NCBI GenBank assembly: GCA_963827685.1
Contig: CAWHBU010000002.1
Location: 1,152,001-1,216,000, forward strand
DNA from: an uncultured delta proteobacterium
Lineage (GTDB): Bacteria; Desulfobacterota; BSN033; UBA1163
Direction of reading: 5' to 3'
Length of the DNA: 64,000 bases
Positions 52,320 to 61,622 of the stretch are shown in pieces. The translations under genes were made by a program, and so were the position numbers. Within the stretch, counting starts at the first letter, position 1; each line of letters opens with the position of its first letter. The notes under the pieces were generated by a model. The model ran no database searches. It was not told the DNA's origin and saw only the letters and a program-made list of their open reading frames with translations.

Positions 52320-53552
52320 ATGGTAGAGGATCAACTCCAAACTAATCCTTACCGGAAGATACGTTCCACATCAGCCTATCGTCGCCTGATGACCGCTTAT
52401 TACTTTATCGTCATGCACCCAAACTGGTTTGGTAAGAAAGTGGCATGGATTACGAGTGGCGGCCCGGTAGAACCTCTCTATGCCATGGGAGTCCTCCCAT
52501 TTTATCCGGAAAATTACGGGGCGATGTGTGGAGCATCCCGGATGTCCGTATCCCTCTGCGAGGCCGCGGAGCATAAAGGATACTCCCACGATCTCTGCTC
52601 TTATGCACTCACAGATATTGGGTCTTCTCTTACGGGCAAAGGTCCTCTCGGCAGACTCCCTAAGCCGGATTTCTTAGTTTGTGGCAACAACATCTGCGGA
52701 ACGGTCATCAAATGGTATGAGCTTCAAGCCCGTGCTTTTAACGTGCCCGTCTTTTTCTTTGACACTCCCTTTATTCATGACGAGGTCGAAGAACATACCT
52801 TGAAATATGTTCAGGACCAGATGAAGGAATATATCTCTTTTCTCGAGAAACAACTCAAGCATCCGTTTTCAGAGAAACGTTTTCAAAAGGTCTGTTCCCG
52901 TTCTTTTGAGGCCGTCGCTTTGTGGAAAGAGATTCTTGACATGCCCTGCCACCATCCAGCGCCGTTGGCCGCCTTTGATGCTTTCATCCATATGGCTCCT
53001 GTCGTCACATTAAGGGGAACGCGCTGGGCAGTCCGGTATTATAGAAAACTCAAGAAAGAGATGGAACAAAGGGTGAAACAGGGAGTGGGAGCCTTCGCCC
53101 GCGAGGAAATACGGCTTATCTGGGATAACATTCCCATCTGGTACGATATTCGAAACCTTTCGAAGCTCCTCTCTTCTCAAGGAGCTGTTCTGGTCGCTGA
53201 TACCTATACTTCGGCCTGGGCTCTGGATCAACTTGCCCTGGCCCCACCTTTGATGAGTGGTTTGGCCAGGGCCTATGCCACCATCCATCTCAATCGCGGC
53301 TTAGAATACAGGGTACACAAAATAGCCAGCCTGATTGAAAAATACGGAGCCCATGGATTCATCATGCACTCCAATCGAAGCTGCAAGCCCTACTCCCTGG
53401 GTCAATACGATCTTAAAAGGGAAGTCACCCGGTTAACCGGAAGACCTGGCCTGATCATCGAGGCGGATCACACCGATTCCCGGAGTTATGCGCCCAAGCA
53501 GGTAGAAAAGCAGATTCAGATCTTTTTGGACATTATAAAAGGGAAGGGATAG
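52320..53552 (+). CDS. 2-hydroxyacyl-CoA dehydratase / benzoyl-CoA reductase family subunit (HgdA/BcrB-like)
   Basis: YPENYGA, GYSHDLCSY, LPKPDFL, NNIC, HSNRSCKP, EADHTDSR. Confidence 0.88.
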   Translation: MVEDQLQTNPYRKIRSTSAYRRLMTAYYFIVMHPNWFGKKVAWITSGGPVEPLYAMGVLPFYPENYGAMCGASRMSVSLCEAAEHKGYSHDLCSYALTDIGSSLTGKGPLGRLPKPDFLVCGNNICGTVIKWYELQARAFNVPVFFFDTPFIHDEVEEHTLKYVQDQMKEYISFLEKQLKHPFSEKRFQKVCSRSFEAVALWKEILDMPCHHPAPLAAFDAFIHMAPVVTLRGTRWAVRYYRKLKKEMEQRVKQGVGAFAREEIRLIWDNIPIWYDIRNLSKLLSSQGAVLVADTYTSAWALDQLALAPPLMSGLARAYATIHLNRGLEYRVHKIASLIEKYGAHGFIMHSNRSCKPYSLGQYDLKREVTRLTGRPGLIIEADHTDSRSYAPKQVEKQIQIFLDIIKGKG

Positions 53553-53591
53553 GGAGTTATTTAGCTTTGTCGAGGAACAAAAGTTTCTATT

Positions 53592-53843
53592 TTAGACGTG
53601 GTAGTACTTTCTAAGTTTATTCCAACGCTCTCGAACTTCTTTTTCTTCTGCAGCCAGCGCTTTAGTCCACCCAAGTTCTTCCACTGAACTCATTAGTGCA
53701 ACCAATTGCCTAAACTTTTCAATCTCAGGAATGTTCCTTAACTCTTGTCTTTCAGTATGGTTTACAATTTTCCACCTTCTCCTAAAAGCCCTCGCCTCCA
53801 ATTTTGTGATCCTATTCTTCACGATTTCTATTTCCCCTGACAC
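53592..53843 (-). CDS. Small hypothetical protein (antitoxin-like)
   Basis: 83-aa charged helical ORF, RRWK...EVRERWNKLR. Confidence 0.5.
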   Translation of the reverse strand: MSGEIEIVKNRITKLEARAFRRRWKIVNHTERQELRNIPEIEKFRQLVALMSSVEELGWTKALAAEEKEVRERWNKLRKYYHV

Positions 53844-53875
53844 ATTTTCTTTTTATATATCCGTTCATAATGAAA

Positions 53876-54922
53876 TCACTCCCCTTCTTTTCCCATCCTG
53901 AATTGGGACAAAGCATTCCAGGAGGGGCGAGGATTACCGTTTGCATCTGCCAATCCCATCGAACCAAAGTAAGGTTCCTTTCTATCATGAAGAAGCAGCC
54001 AATAGATTCTCTCTACACCGAATTCAAATGCTTGCTGATACGCCTCCGCAAGCCACTGAGCTTGTTTCTCATTGGAGCCATTATCCATACGACCACTTGT
54101 CACTGTCGGAACGCTCACAAATCCCGTTTCCGTGATCCAAACGGGGCGGTCCCCCAATCCTGATTTTTTCATTACATCCCGAATATGTTCTAAATAACTG
54201 CGAAAGGTAAGCCCGTTTGCAATGATTTCGCTCGGGAAATAGTAATTGTGAACACTGACCACATCAAAACTTTTAGTAGAAAGTATCGGTTGCAACCAAC
54301 TGTCGTGCCATTTCCACGCCTTCTGGCTTCCCGACCCCAATTCAAGACTACGAATAATGCCACACCCCATTGCGGACGGAAGCACTTTGGCTTTCGGGTC
54401 GGCCTTTTTAATCGCGTCATAACCAGCCTTCAACAGCTCTAAATATTCTTCCCGGGTCCCCTTCCAGAAAGCTGCCTCATTCACTTCGTTTTCAATTTCG
54501 TAATTGACCCCTTGCCCACGGTAGCGATTGGCAAGGATTTCCACAAAATGAACCCACTCCTTCCTATCCATCGATGGCGGGTTAATTTCAATAACACCCC
54601 TCCTGGGCCTACGTTTTTTTGTCTGCTCTCGAAAAGTGGTGCGTATGGTGAAAAGGACTTCGATTTGTTTTGTTTGAGCCGCTTTTAATAGCCGATCGAC
54701 GGCACTCCAATCATATTCGCCCGGGCGCATCTTTACAAACTGCCATTGTAAAGGGACACGAATGGTACCCACACCTAATTCTTGTATATATTTTATTTCC
54801 TCTCCGAAAGTACGCAACGTCGCATTTAATCCCAAACGCCTTGTCCCCTGCGAGTGGGCATTGAAAGCCAACATAAAGGATAATAGCATCATGCTAATGA
54901 ACAACACGCTCATTCTCACCAT
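53876..54922 (-). CDS. Exported clan GH-A glycoside hydrolase (GH5/GH39-like)
   Basis: Signal peptide, GEYDWSAVD, YEIENE (acid/base), VWITETG (nucleophile). Confidence 0.82.
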   Translation of the reverse strand: MVRMSVLFISMMLLSFMLAFNAHSQGTRRLGLNATLRTFGEEIKYIQELGVGTIRVPLQWQFVKMRPGEYDWSAVDRLLKAAQTKQIEVLFTIRTTFREQTKKRRPRRGVIEINPPSMDRKEWVHFVEILANRYRGQGVNYEIENEVNEAAFWKGTREEYLELLKAGYDAIKKADPKAKVLPSAMGCGIIRSLELGSGSQKAWKWHDSWLQPILSTKSFDVVSVHNYYFPSEIIANGLTFRSYLEHIRDVMKKSGLGDRPVWITETGFVSVPTVTSGRMDNGSNEKQAQWLAEAYQQAFEFGVERIYWLLLHDRKEPYFGSMGLADANGNPRPSWNALSQFRMGKEGE

Positions 54923-55004
54923 CGTGGTTCCTCCTTTTTCCCTCTCAACTGTAGCCGCCACACCCTCCCCTGCCTACCGGCAGGCAGGCTCGTCCTCCCT
55001 CCTT

Positions 55005-55260
55005 GGAGACTGTGTCGAAAAAGTGACTACGCAAAAAGATGTATCCTTCATATTAGAGAATGCAAGATTGTTAGGGGACAGGCGGCTGGCTGAGGAAGCT
55101 TTAGAGCGAAACCTTTTGTCATGCAAATTCATACGCCTATACTTCGTGAAGACATCATCTCCGATGATAAGAATGATTGACCATATCTTTCAAAAATCCG
55201 CAATTCTAAAGCTTCCGAAGCTGGTCACCTGGCCCTCACTGCGATTACGACACAGTCTCC
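55005..55260. mobile_element. MITE with perfect 13-bp terminal inverted repeats
   Basis: GGAGACTGTGTCG ... CGACACAGTCTCC, 256 bp, no credible gene. Confidence 0.7.
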
Positions 55261-55306
55261 TGAGGGGGAGCGTGGCGTGGGGGTATCATGAATTATTGCG
55301 TTGGTA

Positions 55307-55957
55307 TTAGTGAACAAATTCTAACACCTGATCCACAGGCTTTCTATCCCTCCGAGGCGACTCGTCAGGATATCCCACGGCAACCAGACAGATAAGATCC
55401 ATGTCCGAAGGGACTTTTAGGATGGCCTCAATTTCTTTTTTGGCTTGAATAGGCGACACCAGCCAGACAGCACCCAACCCCATACCATGAAATGTCAGAA
55501 GCATCGTTGTCACGGCAGCGGCTGCACTCTGGATCGCCGTAGGCGCCGATCTTCGAAATCCCAGGATCTCCTTAGCTTCGCGGTCGAAGGATTCTCGGGC
55601 AACCAATACCTTATCCATCGGACTTTGATACTCACCGGTAAAAACCCCAATGCAAGCCGGAGCGTTCCTGAAAAAGGAGGCGTTATTTTGATAACGTTTT
55701 ACATCTTCTTGCCAGGACATCGCCTCTGGCCAAGAAGCGATTTTATCCGCAACAGACTGGACGGCATTCGCCATTTTCTCAATAGTTTCTCTCTTCTTTA
55801 CAATGATGAAACGCCATCCTTGATAATTACCTCCATTGGGAGCCCATGTGGCCAACTCCACCGCCTTCTTGAGCAGCTCGTCCGGAATTTCCTGCTTTTT
55901 CCACTGTCGAATCGAACGCCTTCCCTTAATTAACTTTTCTAAACTCTCAATCTCCAT
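55307..55957 (-). CDS. Nitroreductase family protein
   Basis: RRSIR, APNGGNYQGWRF, GLGAVW, VAVGYP. Confidence 0.9.
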   Translation of the reverse strand: MEIESLEKLIKGRRSIRQWKKQEIPDELLKKAVELATWAPNGGNYQGWRFIIVKKRETIEKMANAVQSVADKIASWPEAMSWQEDVKRYQNNASFFRNAPACIGVFTGEYQSPMDKVLVARESFDREAKEILGFRRSAPTAIQSAAAAVTTMLLTFHGMGLGAVWLVSPIQAKKEIEAILKVPSDMDLICLVAVGYPDESPRRDRKPVDQVLEFVH

Positions 55958-56004
55958 TGATTTTCCCTCCCCGAACCGAGGTAAAGGTTCTTGAGCCTTG
56001 AAGA

Positions 56005-56940
56005 TTAAACTTTTTCCAATTTCTCTTTGATCACCCGCTTAAATGCCTCAACCACTTCGGGATCAAACTGTTTGCCCGCTTTATTGACAATCTCCTCCAC
56101 TGCCTCCCAGGGCGGCATCCCCTTTCGATACGGACGGTCGGTTGTCATCGCATCAAAGGCATCGGCAACGGCAAGGACACGGGAACCCAAAGGAATCTTA
56201 GCCAGTTCCTCTCGACCTCCATCGATTGTTCTCATGAAATATTTATGGTGGGATATTACGATAGGCACGACTTCCTTCAGGACTGACCCTACAGCAGTCA
56301 GAATGTAGGCGCCTCTAACAGTGTGTTCGTCCAGCAACTCTTTCTCTTCTGAGCTTAATTCAGCCGCTTTGCGAAGAATCTCGCCACTAACCTCTATCTT
56401 TCCAATATCGTGAAGCAACCCTCCCACACGGATATTTTCAACCTCACCCCGGTGTAGCCCCATGGCAACCGCAATCTCCATAGCCAATTCTGAAACCCTT
56501 ACAGAATGCCCTTTCGTGTAACGATCGGTCGATTCGAGATATTTTGAAAGGATCTCGAGGATGCCGATATAGGCACTTCTTAAATCCTGCAAACGGCGTT
56601 CATTCTGCTCGTATAGCGTTCCCACGGCAACGCTCGCGAGGATAAGAAATCCACCCCAGGACATTAACTGGATAAGGTTGTTAACAAACTCCTGCTTTCC
56701 TAAAAACGACTGGGGAAAAAGCAAAGCGGAGATGACCACGACCAGAATGGAAAAGACAGCCGTGAGAAGACCCATGCGCCGCCCTAGAAAGTAGCCTGCG
56801 GTCAGCACGGGGAGGTAATAAAAATTGAGGATAATGAACTTTTCTTCAACAAAATAAGTTCCCATAAATGCAGCCAGAAGGATGATGACTACCATAATTC
56901 TTTCAAAATGTTGCTGAACAAATTGCTTAAAGCGTTCCAT
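56005..56940 (-). CDS. Membrane-anchored HD-GYP domain protein
   Basis: N-terminal TM helices, YTKGHSVRV, LLHDIGK, VADAFDAMTTDRPYR. Confidence 0.88.
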   Translation of the reverse strand: MERFKQFVQQHFERIMVVIILLAAFMGTYFVEEKFIILNFYYLPVLTAGYFLGRRMGLLTAVFSILVVVISALLFPQSFLGKQEFVNNLIQLMSWGGFLILASVAVGTLYEQNERRLQDLRSAYIGILEILSKYLESTDRYTKGHSVRVSELAMEIAVAMGLHRGEVENIRVGGLLHDIGKIEVSGEILRKAAELSSEEKELLDEHTVRGAYILTAVGSVLKEVVPIVISHHKYFMRTIDGGREELAKIPLGSRVLAVADAFDAMTTDRPYRKGMPPWEAVEEIVNKAGKQFDPEVVEAFKRVIKEKLEKV

Positions 56941-57134
56941 AATGCCTCCGTGCGATTAGTATTCACTGCCAGGCGGGCATACAACCCTAAAAAACACTTT
57001 CATTCGGTGAAGACACCAGAATGAGCAAGAGAAAACATTCTTATTCTATAAAATTTAATGGGATAGAACAAGAGAAAATTGAATTCGGAAGAATGGAAGA
57101 TCAAAGACCAGAGAAGGATAAAATAATAACCAAT

Positions 57135-58148
57135 TCAAAATCTCTGAGCGTAGCGGTGAGCAAGGCTGAAATATTTTTGGGCCCTTTTGAGAGCTTGTGT
57201 CTTTTCTCTGTCCGGTATATTCAGATCGTCCAACCGGAAGCTTTCCACCTTCCCGCGGACATAGGATCGGTAACACTTGTAGAAATCCAATACCTCCACT
57301 AATTCATGGTCTCCCGACTCCCCGATAAAGGCGCGGATGAGATGTTCGCTGAGATCCTGCCTGTCGTGATAATCGAGATCCATGGCTAAGAAGGCGATGT
57401 CCGCCGCCATATCCGTATAACGGAACCGCTCATTAAATTCTATGCAATCGAAAATAGAGATCTCATCTCCATAGAAGATATGTTCCAGCCGAAGGTCTCC
57501 ATGGCAGTCTCGAATTCGATCGGAGGCAATCCTTTGATAAAATATTTCTTTCTTTGCCTTAAAGAATTCGTTAGTCCTATTTCTCACCTCTTCGTAGACT
57601 TCTCTGGGAATCGTCACGTCAATATATTTTTCTGTCTGTTCGAAATTCTCATCCGTATCCTGCTTCACCCGCTCTGGCTTGGCAAAGCCTTTGATGAGAT
57701 CATTGGTCTCGGCATTGAAATAGAATTTTACTAATTTTTCTGAAACGGCCTCAATCATTTTGGGAGTGACCTGTTTCCTCTTAAGCAGTTTGTCCATCAG
57801 AAATTCTTCGGGAATCTGTTTCATCTTGACCGCATACTCCACCAACTCTCCCTCACCGTCCAAGAAAATCCGATTACCTTCACGGGTAATCTTCACCACA
57901 CCCAGATAAATATCCGGGGATAGCCGTCGATTCAACCTGACTTCTTCTTCACAAAATAATTTTCTCTTTTCGAGAGAGGTAAAATCCAAGAAGCCAAAAT
58001 CCACGGGCTTCTTCACCTTATAAACATGTTTTCCAGTTAAGAAAAGAAGGGAGATATGGGTCTCGATAAATTTTATGACCCGGGGATGGTCGGGATAAAT
58101 CTCCGGATGAAGCAGTGCCTTCTGGAGGGAAGCGATGTCAAGAGTCAT
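57135..58148 (-). CDS. Aminoglycoside-phosphotransferase-like kinase (N-terminal domain of APH/AAA_33 family)
   Basis: ETHIS, YKVKKPVDFGFLDF, CHGDLRLEHI, FDCIEFN. Confidence 0.88.
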   Translation of the reverse strand: MTLDIASLQKALLHPEIYPDHPRVIKFIETHISLLFLTGKHVYKVKKPVDFGFLDFTSLEKRKLFCEEEVRLNRRLSPDIYLGVVKITREGNRIFLDGEGELVEYAVKMKQIPEEFLMDKLLKRKQVTPKMIEAVSEKLVKFYFNAETNDLIKGFAKPERVKQDTDENFEQTEKYIDVTIPREVYEEVRNRTNEFFKAKKEIFYQRIASDRIRDCHGDLRLEHIFYGDEISIFDCIEFNERFRYTDMAADIAFLAMDLDYHDRQDLSEHLIRAFIGESGDHELVEVLDFYKCYRSYVRGKVESFRLDDLNIPDREKTQALKRAQKYFSLAHRYAQRF

Positions 58149-58750
58149 CTTTTTTCGATTTTTTTAATCTTCCAATCTGGAGGGGTATCATGTTCCGTGT
58201 CGATCGTGAGGTAAATGATTGGAAGCGTCTTAAACCTCTTTTTTAAATCTGCCGTATCAATGGGCTGAAACAGGGCTTTATTGTTTAAGTAAGCCTCCTT
58301 GGTTAACGCGTTCGACTCATAATTTTCTTTTGTCCTCTTCGAAATCCGCTCCATGGACTTCTCCTCCGTGCAGACACATTCTGCAACGACAAAAGCCCGA
58401 TGGGCCTTCTCAGCCAACTCAGCGGCCCTTGATCTCAAATCCTGAGTGAAAAAAGTGGCATCTAAAATCAGCCCGTCATGAGCTGTCTTCAACGTATTCT
58501 CTGCCCGCCGAAACATCTCTTCATAAACCTTCTTTCTCCTATCCGGGTCTGAAGCCACCTTAGTGTCGAAGATATCCTCACCCTTTAGAACCTCGAGCCG
58601 GATCATATCGGATCGAAGAATCTGAAATCCTTTCAATCTTGCGATTTCCTCTGTCACCGGACTCTTCCAACTTCCCGGAAGTCCCATAGAGATGAGGACA
58701 CTCCGGTCAGGGACTTCTGACTTGACAACCTCTGAGAAGCTTCTCTCCAT
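58145..58750 (-). CDS. AAA_33-type P-loop kinase
   Basis: GLPGSWKS, LRSDMIR, ILDATF. Confidence 0.8.
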   Translation of the reverse strand: MERSFSEVVKSEVPDRSVLISMGLPGSWKSPVTEEIARLKGFQILRSDMIRLEVLKGEDIFDTKVASDPDRRKKVYEEMFRRAENTLKTAHDGLILDATFFTQDLRSRAAELAEKAHRAFVVAECVCTEEKSMERISKRTKENYESNALTKEAYLNNKALFQPIDTADLKKRFKTLPIIYLTIDTEHDTPPDWKIKKIEKR

Positions 58751-58812
58751 TTAAACCTCCTTGTATCGTGCTTCGTGTCCGTTATCCGTGCCCGTTTTTT
58801 AGATTCATTCTA

Positions 58813-59793
58813 TCACATTTTTAGGGCTTCCAAAACAGCATCATGCAAAATTCCATTACTCACCAAGATACCGTGGTTCTCTACCATCTTGATCCCGCAT
58901 GAAAAATCTAACGGGCGTCCCAAAACATCTGTCACCTTTCCCCCAGCCTCTTCAGCGACAATCGACCCGGCAGCATGGTCCCAAATGTTTTCCTTATACC
59001 CTGGCTCAGCAGTTGAGGGAACTCTCAAATAGAGGGTGACTTCCCCTCTTGCTAAGATCCCATATTTTGCCTGGCTATCCATTCTGAGGGAGGGCTTTAA
59101 AATATTCAATTTTTCTGCAAGACGTTGATGAGTAAGATGATCGGCGTGGTCGGGCTCCACGCTCTCAGTGATGATCGCCTCGGAGGGATCTGCCGCCTTG
59201 GAAACGGAGATCGTCCGTTGGTTACCGCCGTGACGATCCATCTGGACTGAACCCTTTCCCTTCAACGCAACAAAAAGACAGCCTTTTCCTCCGGAAGGCT
59301 GCTTGACATCCGAATAGAGGTTAGGACAGGCTAAAATGCCTAATTTCACCACGCCATTTTCGATAAGGGCTAAGGCAATCGCATATTGATCTCCTCTGAG
59401 AAATCCCTTCGTTCCGTCAATCGGGTCTAAAGTCCAAAAACGATCGGTAATAGAATCGGAACTGAAATCAATCCAGGAACAGACTTCTTTTGAAGAGGAT
59501 GTCCGAACGAAAGCATTGACATAGTGGGTCACCTGCTCAAGGAGGTTTGAACGATCCGCTCTCCTTAATTCTTCAGAATCTTCCTCTGCGACAATCGTAT
59601 CGTTAGGAAATCTTTCTCTGATCAGTTTACAAATAATCGCCTGAGACCCATAATCTGCAATGGTAACAGGGCTTCTGTCACTTTTTAGAATGGACCCCGT
59701 ATCTACAAGGTCCATCCTTATTTTTTGGCAGAGTGCCGAGGCTTTGATGGCCGCTTGGATGGCTGTCACTACTTCAGGAGAATTTCGATCCAT
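58813..59793 (-). CDS. 3'(2'),5'-bisphosphate nucleotidase, HAL2 family
   Basis: KSDRSPVTIADY, WTLDPIDGTKGFLRG, DSQAKY, ENIWDHAAG. Confidence 0.92.
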   Translation of the reverse strand: MDRNSPEVVTAIQAAIKASALCQKIRMDLVDTGSILKSDRSPVTIADYGSQAIICKLIRERFPNDTIVAEEDSEELRRADRSNLLEQVTHYVNAFVRTSSSKEVCSWIDFSSDSITDRFWTLDPIDGTKGFLRGDQYAIALALIENGVVKLGILACPNLYSDVKQPSGGKGCLFVALKGKGSVQMDRHGGNQRTISVSKAADPSEAIITESVEPDHADHLTHQRLAEKLNILKPSLRMDSQAKYGILARGEVTLYLRVPSTAEPGYKENIWDHAAGSIVAEEAGGKVTDVLGRPLDFSCGIKMVENHGILVSNGILHDAVLEALKM

Positions 59794-60024
59794 ATCCGTA
59801 ACTACTTCGTAAATTCGAAATCCTAATCTCGGGCGAAGCGTCCGTCTCGGACCAACTCGAAACAAACCCCAGATCGTAATGATCAAATTTCCAAACGAAC
59901 CTCATTCTTTGTTTCTAAAATTTCATATTTCGGTCATTTGAATTTGTTTCGCCTGCCTACCCGGCGTCCCGCGCTTGCGGGACGAACGCAGGGATTTCGT
60001 GCTTAGAATTCGGGATTAAAAATA

Positions 60025-60057
60025 GCAGGAGGAGGGGTATTTTCACCTCTCCTCCTG
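60025..60057 (-). terminator. Terminator after tRNA
   Basis: CAGGAGGAG...CTCCTCCTG hairpin with a T tract on the minus strand. Confidence 0.6.
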
Positions 60058-60069
60058 TGATGCGTCTCA

Positions 60070-60155
60070 TGGTGCCGAAGGGGGGATTTGAACCCCCACG
60101 GGGATTACCCACCACCCCCTCAAGATGGCGTGTCTACCAATTCCACCACTTCGGC
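60070..60155 (-). tRNA. tRNA-Leu(GAG)
   Basis: GCCGAAG acceptor stem, anticodon loop TTGAGGG, long variable arm, GGTTCAAATC, encoded CCA; follows secG. Confidence 0.96.
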
Positions 60156-60179
60156 AAAATGGAGATAACTCCTCAACCT

Positions 60180-60506
60180 CTACTTCTTTGGTTCAGGTGC
60201 AGGCGTCTGAGGCCCAACCGGCATTTCTGATGGCGCTGCAGGAGCCGTCGGGGCCGGTCTTTCCTTCATGATCGTGGAGGCCTTTCGGGTTGAGCTAAAG
60301 GCTAAGTAAAGTGAAGTGATCATAAAGACCACGGCAACCCCTGTGGTCAATTTTGAAAGAAATCCCATCGCACCCGCACTTCCAAAAATGGTCTGACTCG
60401 CCCCTCCAAACGCTGCCCCCATCTCTGCGCCCTTCCCCGCCTGAAGAAGAACGATTAAGATGAGCGCAAAACAAGCTAAAACGTGCAACACTGCAATGAT
60501 TGCCAT
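60180..60506 (-). CDS. secG: Preprotein translocase subunit SecG
   Basis: VLLQAGKGAEMGAAFGGASQTIFGS. Confidence 0.95.
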   Translation of the reverse strand: MAIIAVLHVLACFALILIVLLQAGKGAEMGAAFGGASQTIFGSAGAMGFLSKLTTGVAVVFMITSLYLAFSSTRKASTIMKERPAPTAPAAPSEMPVGPQTPAPEPKK

Positions 60507-60724
60507 GGATTCGTAACTCCTCTGCTTTTTATGATTTCTATGGACAACGACAAAATTCCAATACCCAAACTCCAAGCTCCAAACAAATCCCAATTTCCAA
60601 TGTCGAAATTACAAAAAACAACAAATTACACACATCCCTTACTCACCAAAAATTTGGTTATTGGTTATTGGAATTTATTTGGGATTTGGTGCTTGGTGTC
60701 TGAAATTTGCTGTATCATTATATA

Positions 60725-61489
60725 TCACAATTCCTTAAATCTGACAATCTTTGAGAAGGACTCGGCCTTCAGACTCGCCCCTCCTACCAACGCCCCATCG
60801 ATATTCGGCTGGTTCATCAGTCCCTTGATATTTTCTGGGGTCACGCTCCCGCCGTACTGGATCCGGATTTCCTCCGAGATCTCTCGTGAATAAAGCTTTT
60901 CCAATTTTCCCCTGATGAACCGATGCACGTCTTCAGCCTGTTCTGGAGTGGCTGTCTTCCCTGTTCCGATGGCCCAGACGGGTTCGTAGGCGATCACAAT
61001 ATTTCTCATTTCCTTATCGCCCAATCCTTTCGATCCACCTTCTATCTGCCTCTCGATCACCAAAAACGTCTTCCCGCCTTCCCTTTCCGTTAACGTCTCA
61101 CCCATGCAGAAGATCACCTTCAAGCCCTGAGCCAGTGCTGCCTTGATTCTTCGATTCACCGTCTCGTCTGTCTCTCCGAAATACTGCCGTCTTTCAGAGT
61201 GACCGATGATGACATAGTGACAGCCCACTTCCTTGAGCATGAGAGGAGAAACCTCACCGGTGAAGGCACCCTTTTCCTCCCAGTAAAGATTCTGAGCGGC
61301 GATACGAATGGAAGAACCTTCAATCTCCTTATGGACAGCATAGAGTGCCGTAAAAGGAGGAGCAACCGCCACTTCCACTTTCCCTTCAACTCCTGAAATG
61401 GCTGCCTTCAGCTCCCTGACGAGACCGAGAGCTTCCCCAACCGTTTTATTCATCTTCCAATTTCCCGCGATGAAGGGTAATCTCTCCAT
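60725..61489 (-). CDS. tpiA: Triosephosphate isomerase
   Basis: AGNWKMN, GHSERR, AYEPVWAIGTG, LVGGASL. Confidence 0.98.
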   Translation of the reverse strand: MERLPFIAGNWKMNKTVGEALGLVRELKAAISGVEGKVEVAVAPPFTALYAVHKEIEGSSIRIAAQNLYWEEKGAFTGEVSPLMLKEVGCHYVIIGHSERRQYFGETDETVNRRIKAALAQGLKVIFCMGETLTEREGGKTFLVIERQIEGGSKGLGDKEMRNIVIAYEPVWAIGTGKTATPEQAEDVHRFIRGKLEKLYSREISEEIRIQYGGSVTPENIKGLMNQPNIDGALVGGASLKAESFSKIVRFKEL

Positions 61490-61622
61490 TATTACCTCCT
61501 CAAGGAGATTTCTGAAAAAGTCCAGAAATCTCTGATTACACCGATTAGGGACGGATTACACAGACTGAGAAACAGAATCTGTGGAATCATCTTTCAAAAT
61601 CTGTGTAATCAAGAAAGGCTTT

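Noticed and set aside
54762-55310. 182-aa + strand ORF
   Set aside because: Composed of antisense glycoside hydrolase sequence, a palindromic repeat and a MITE
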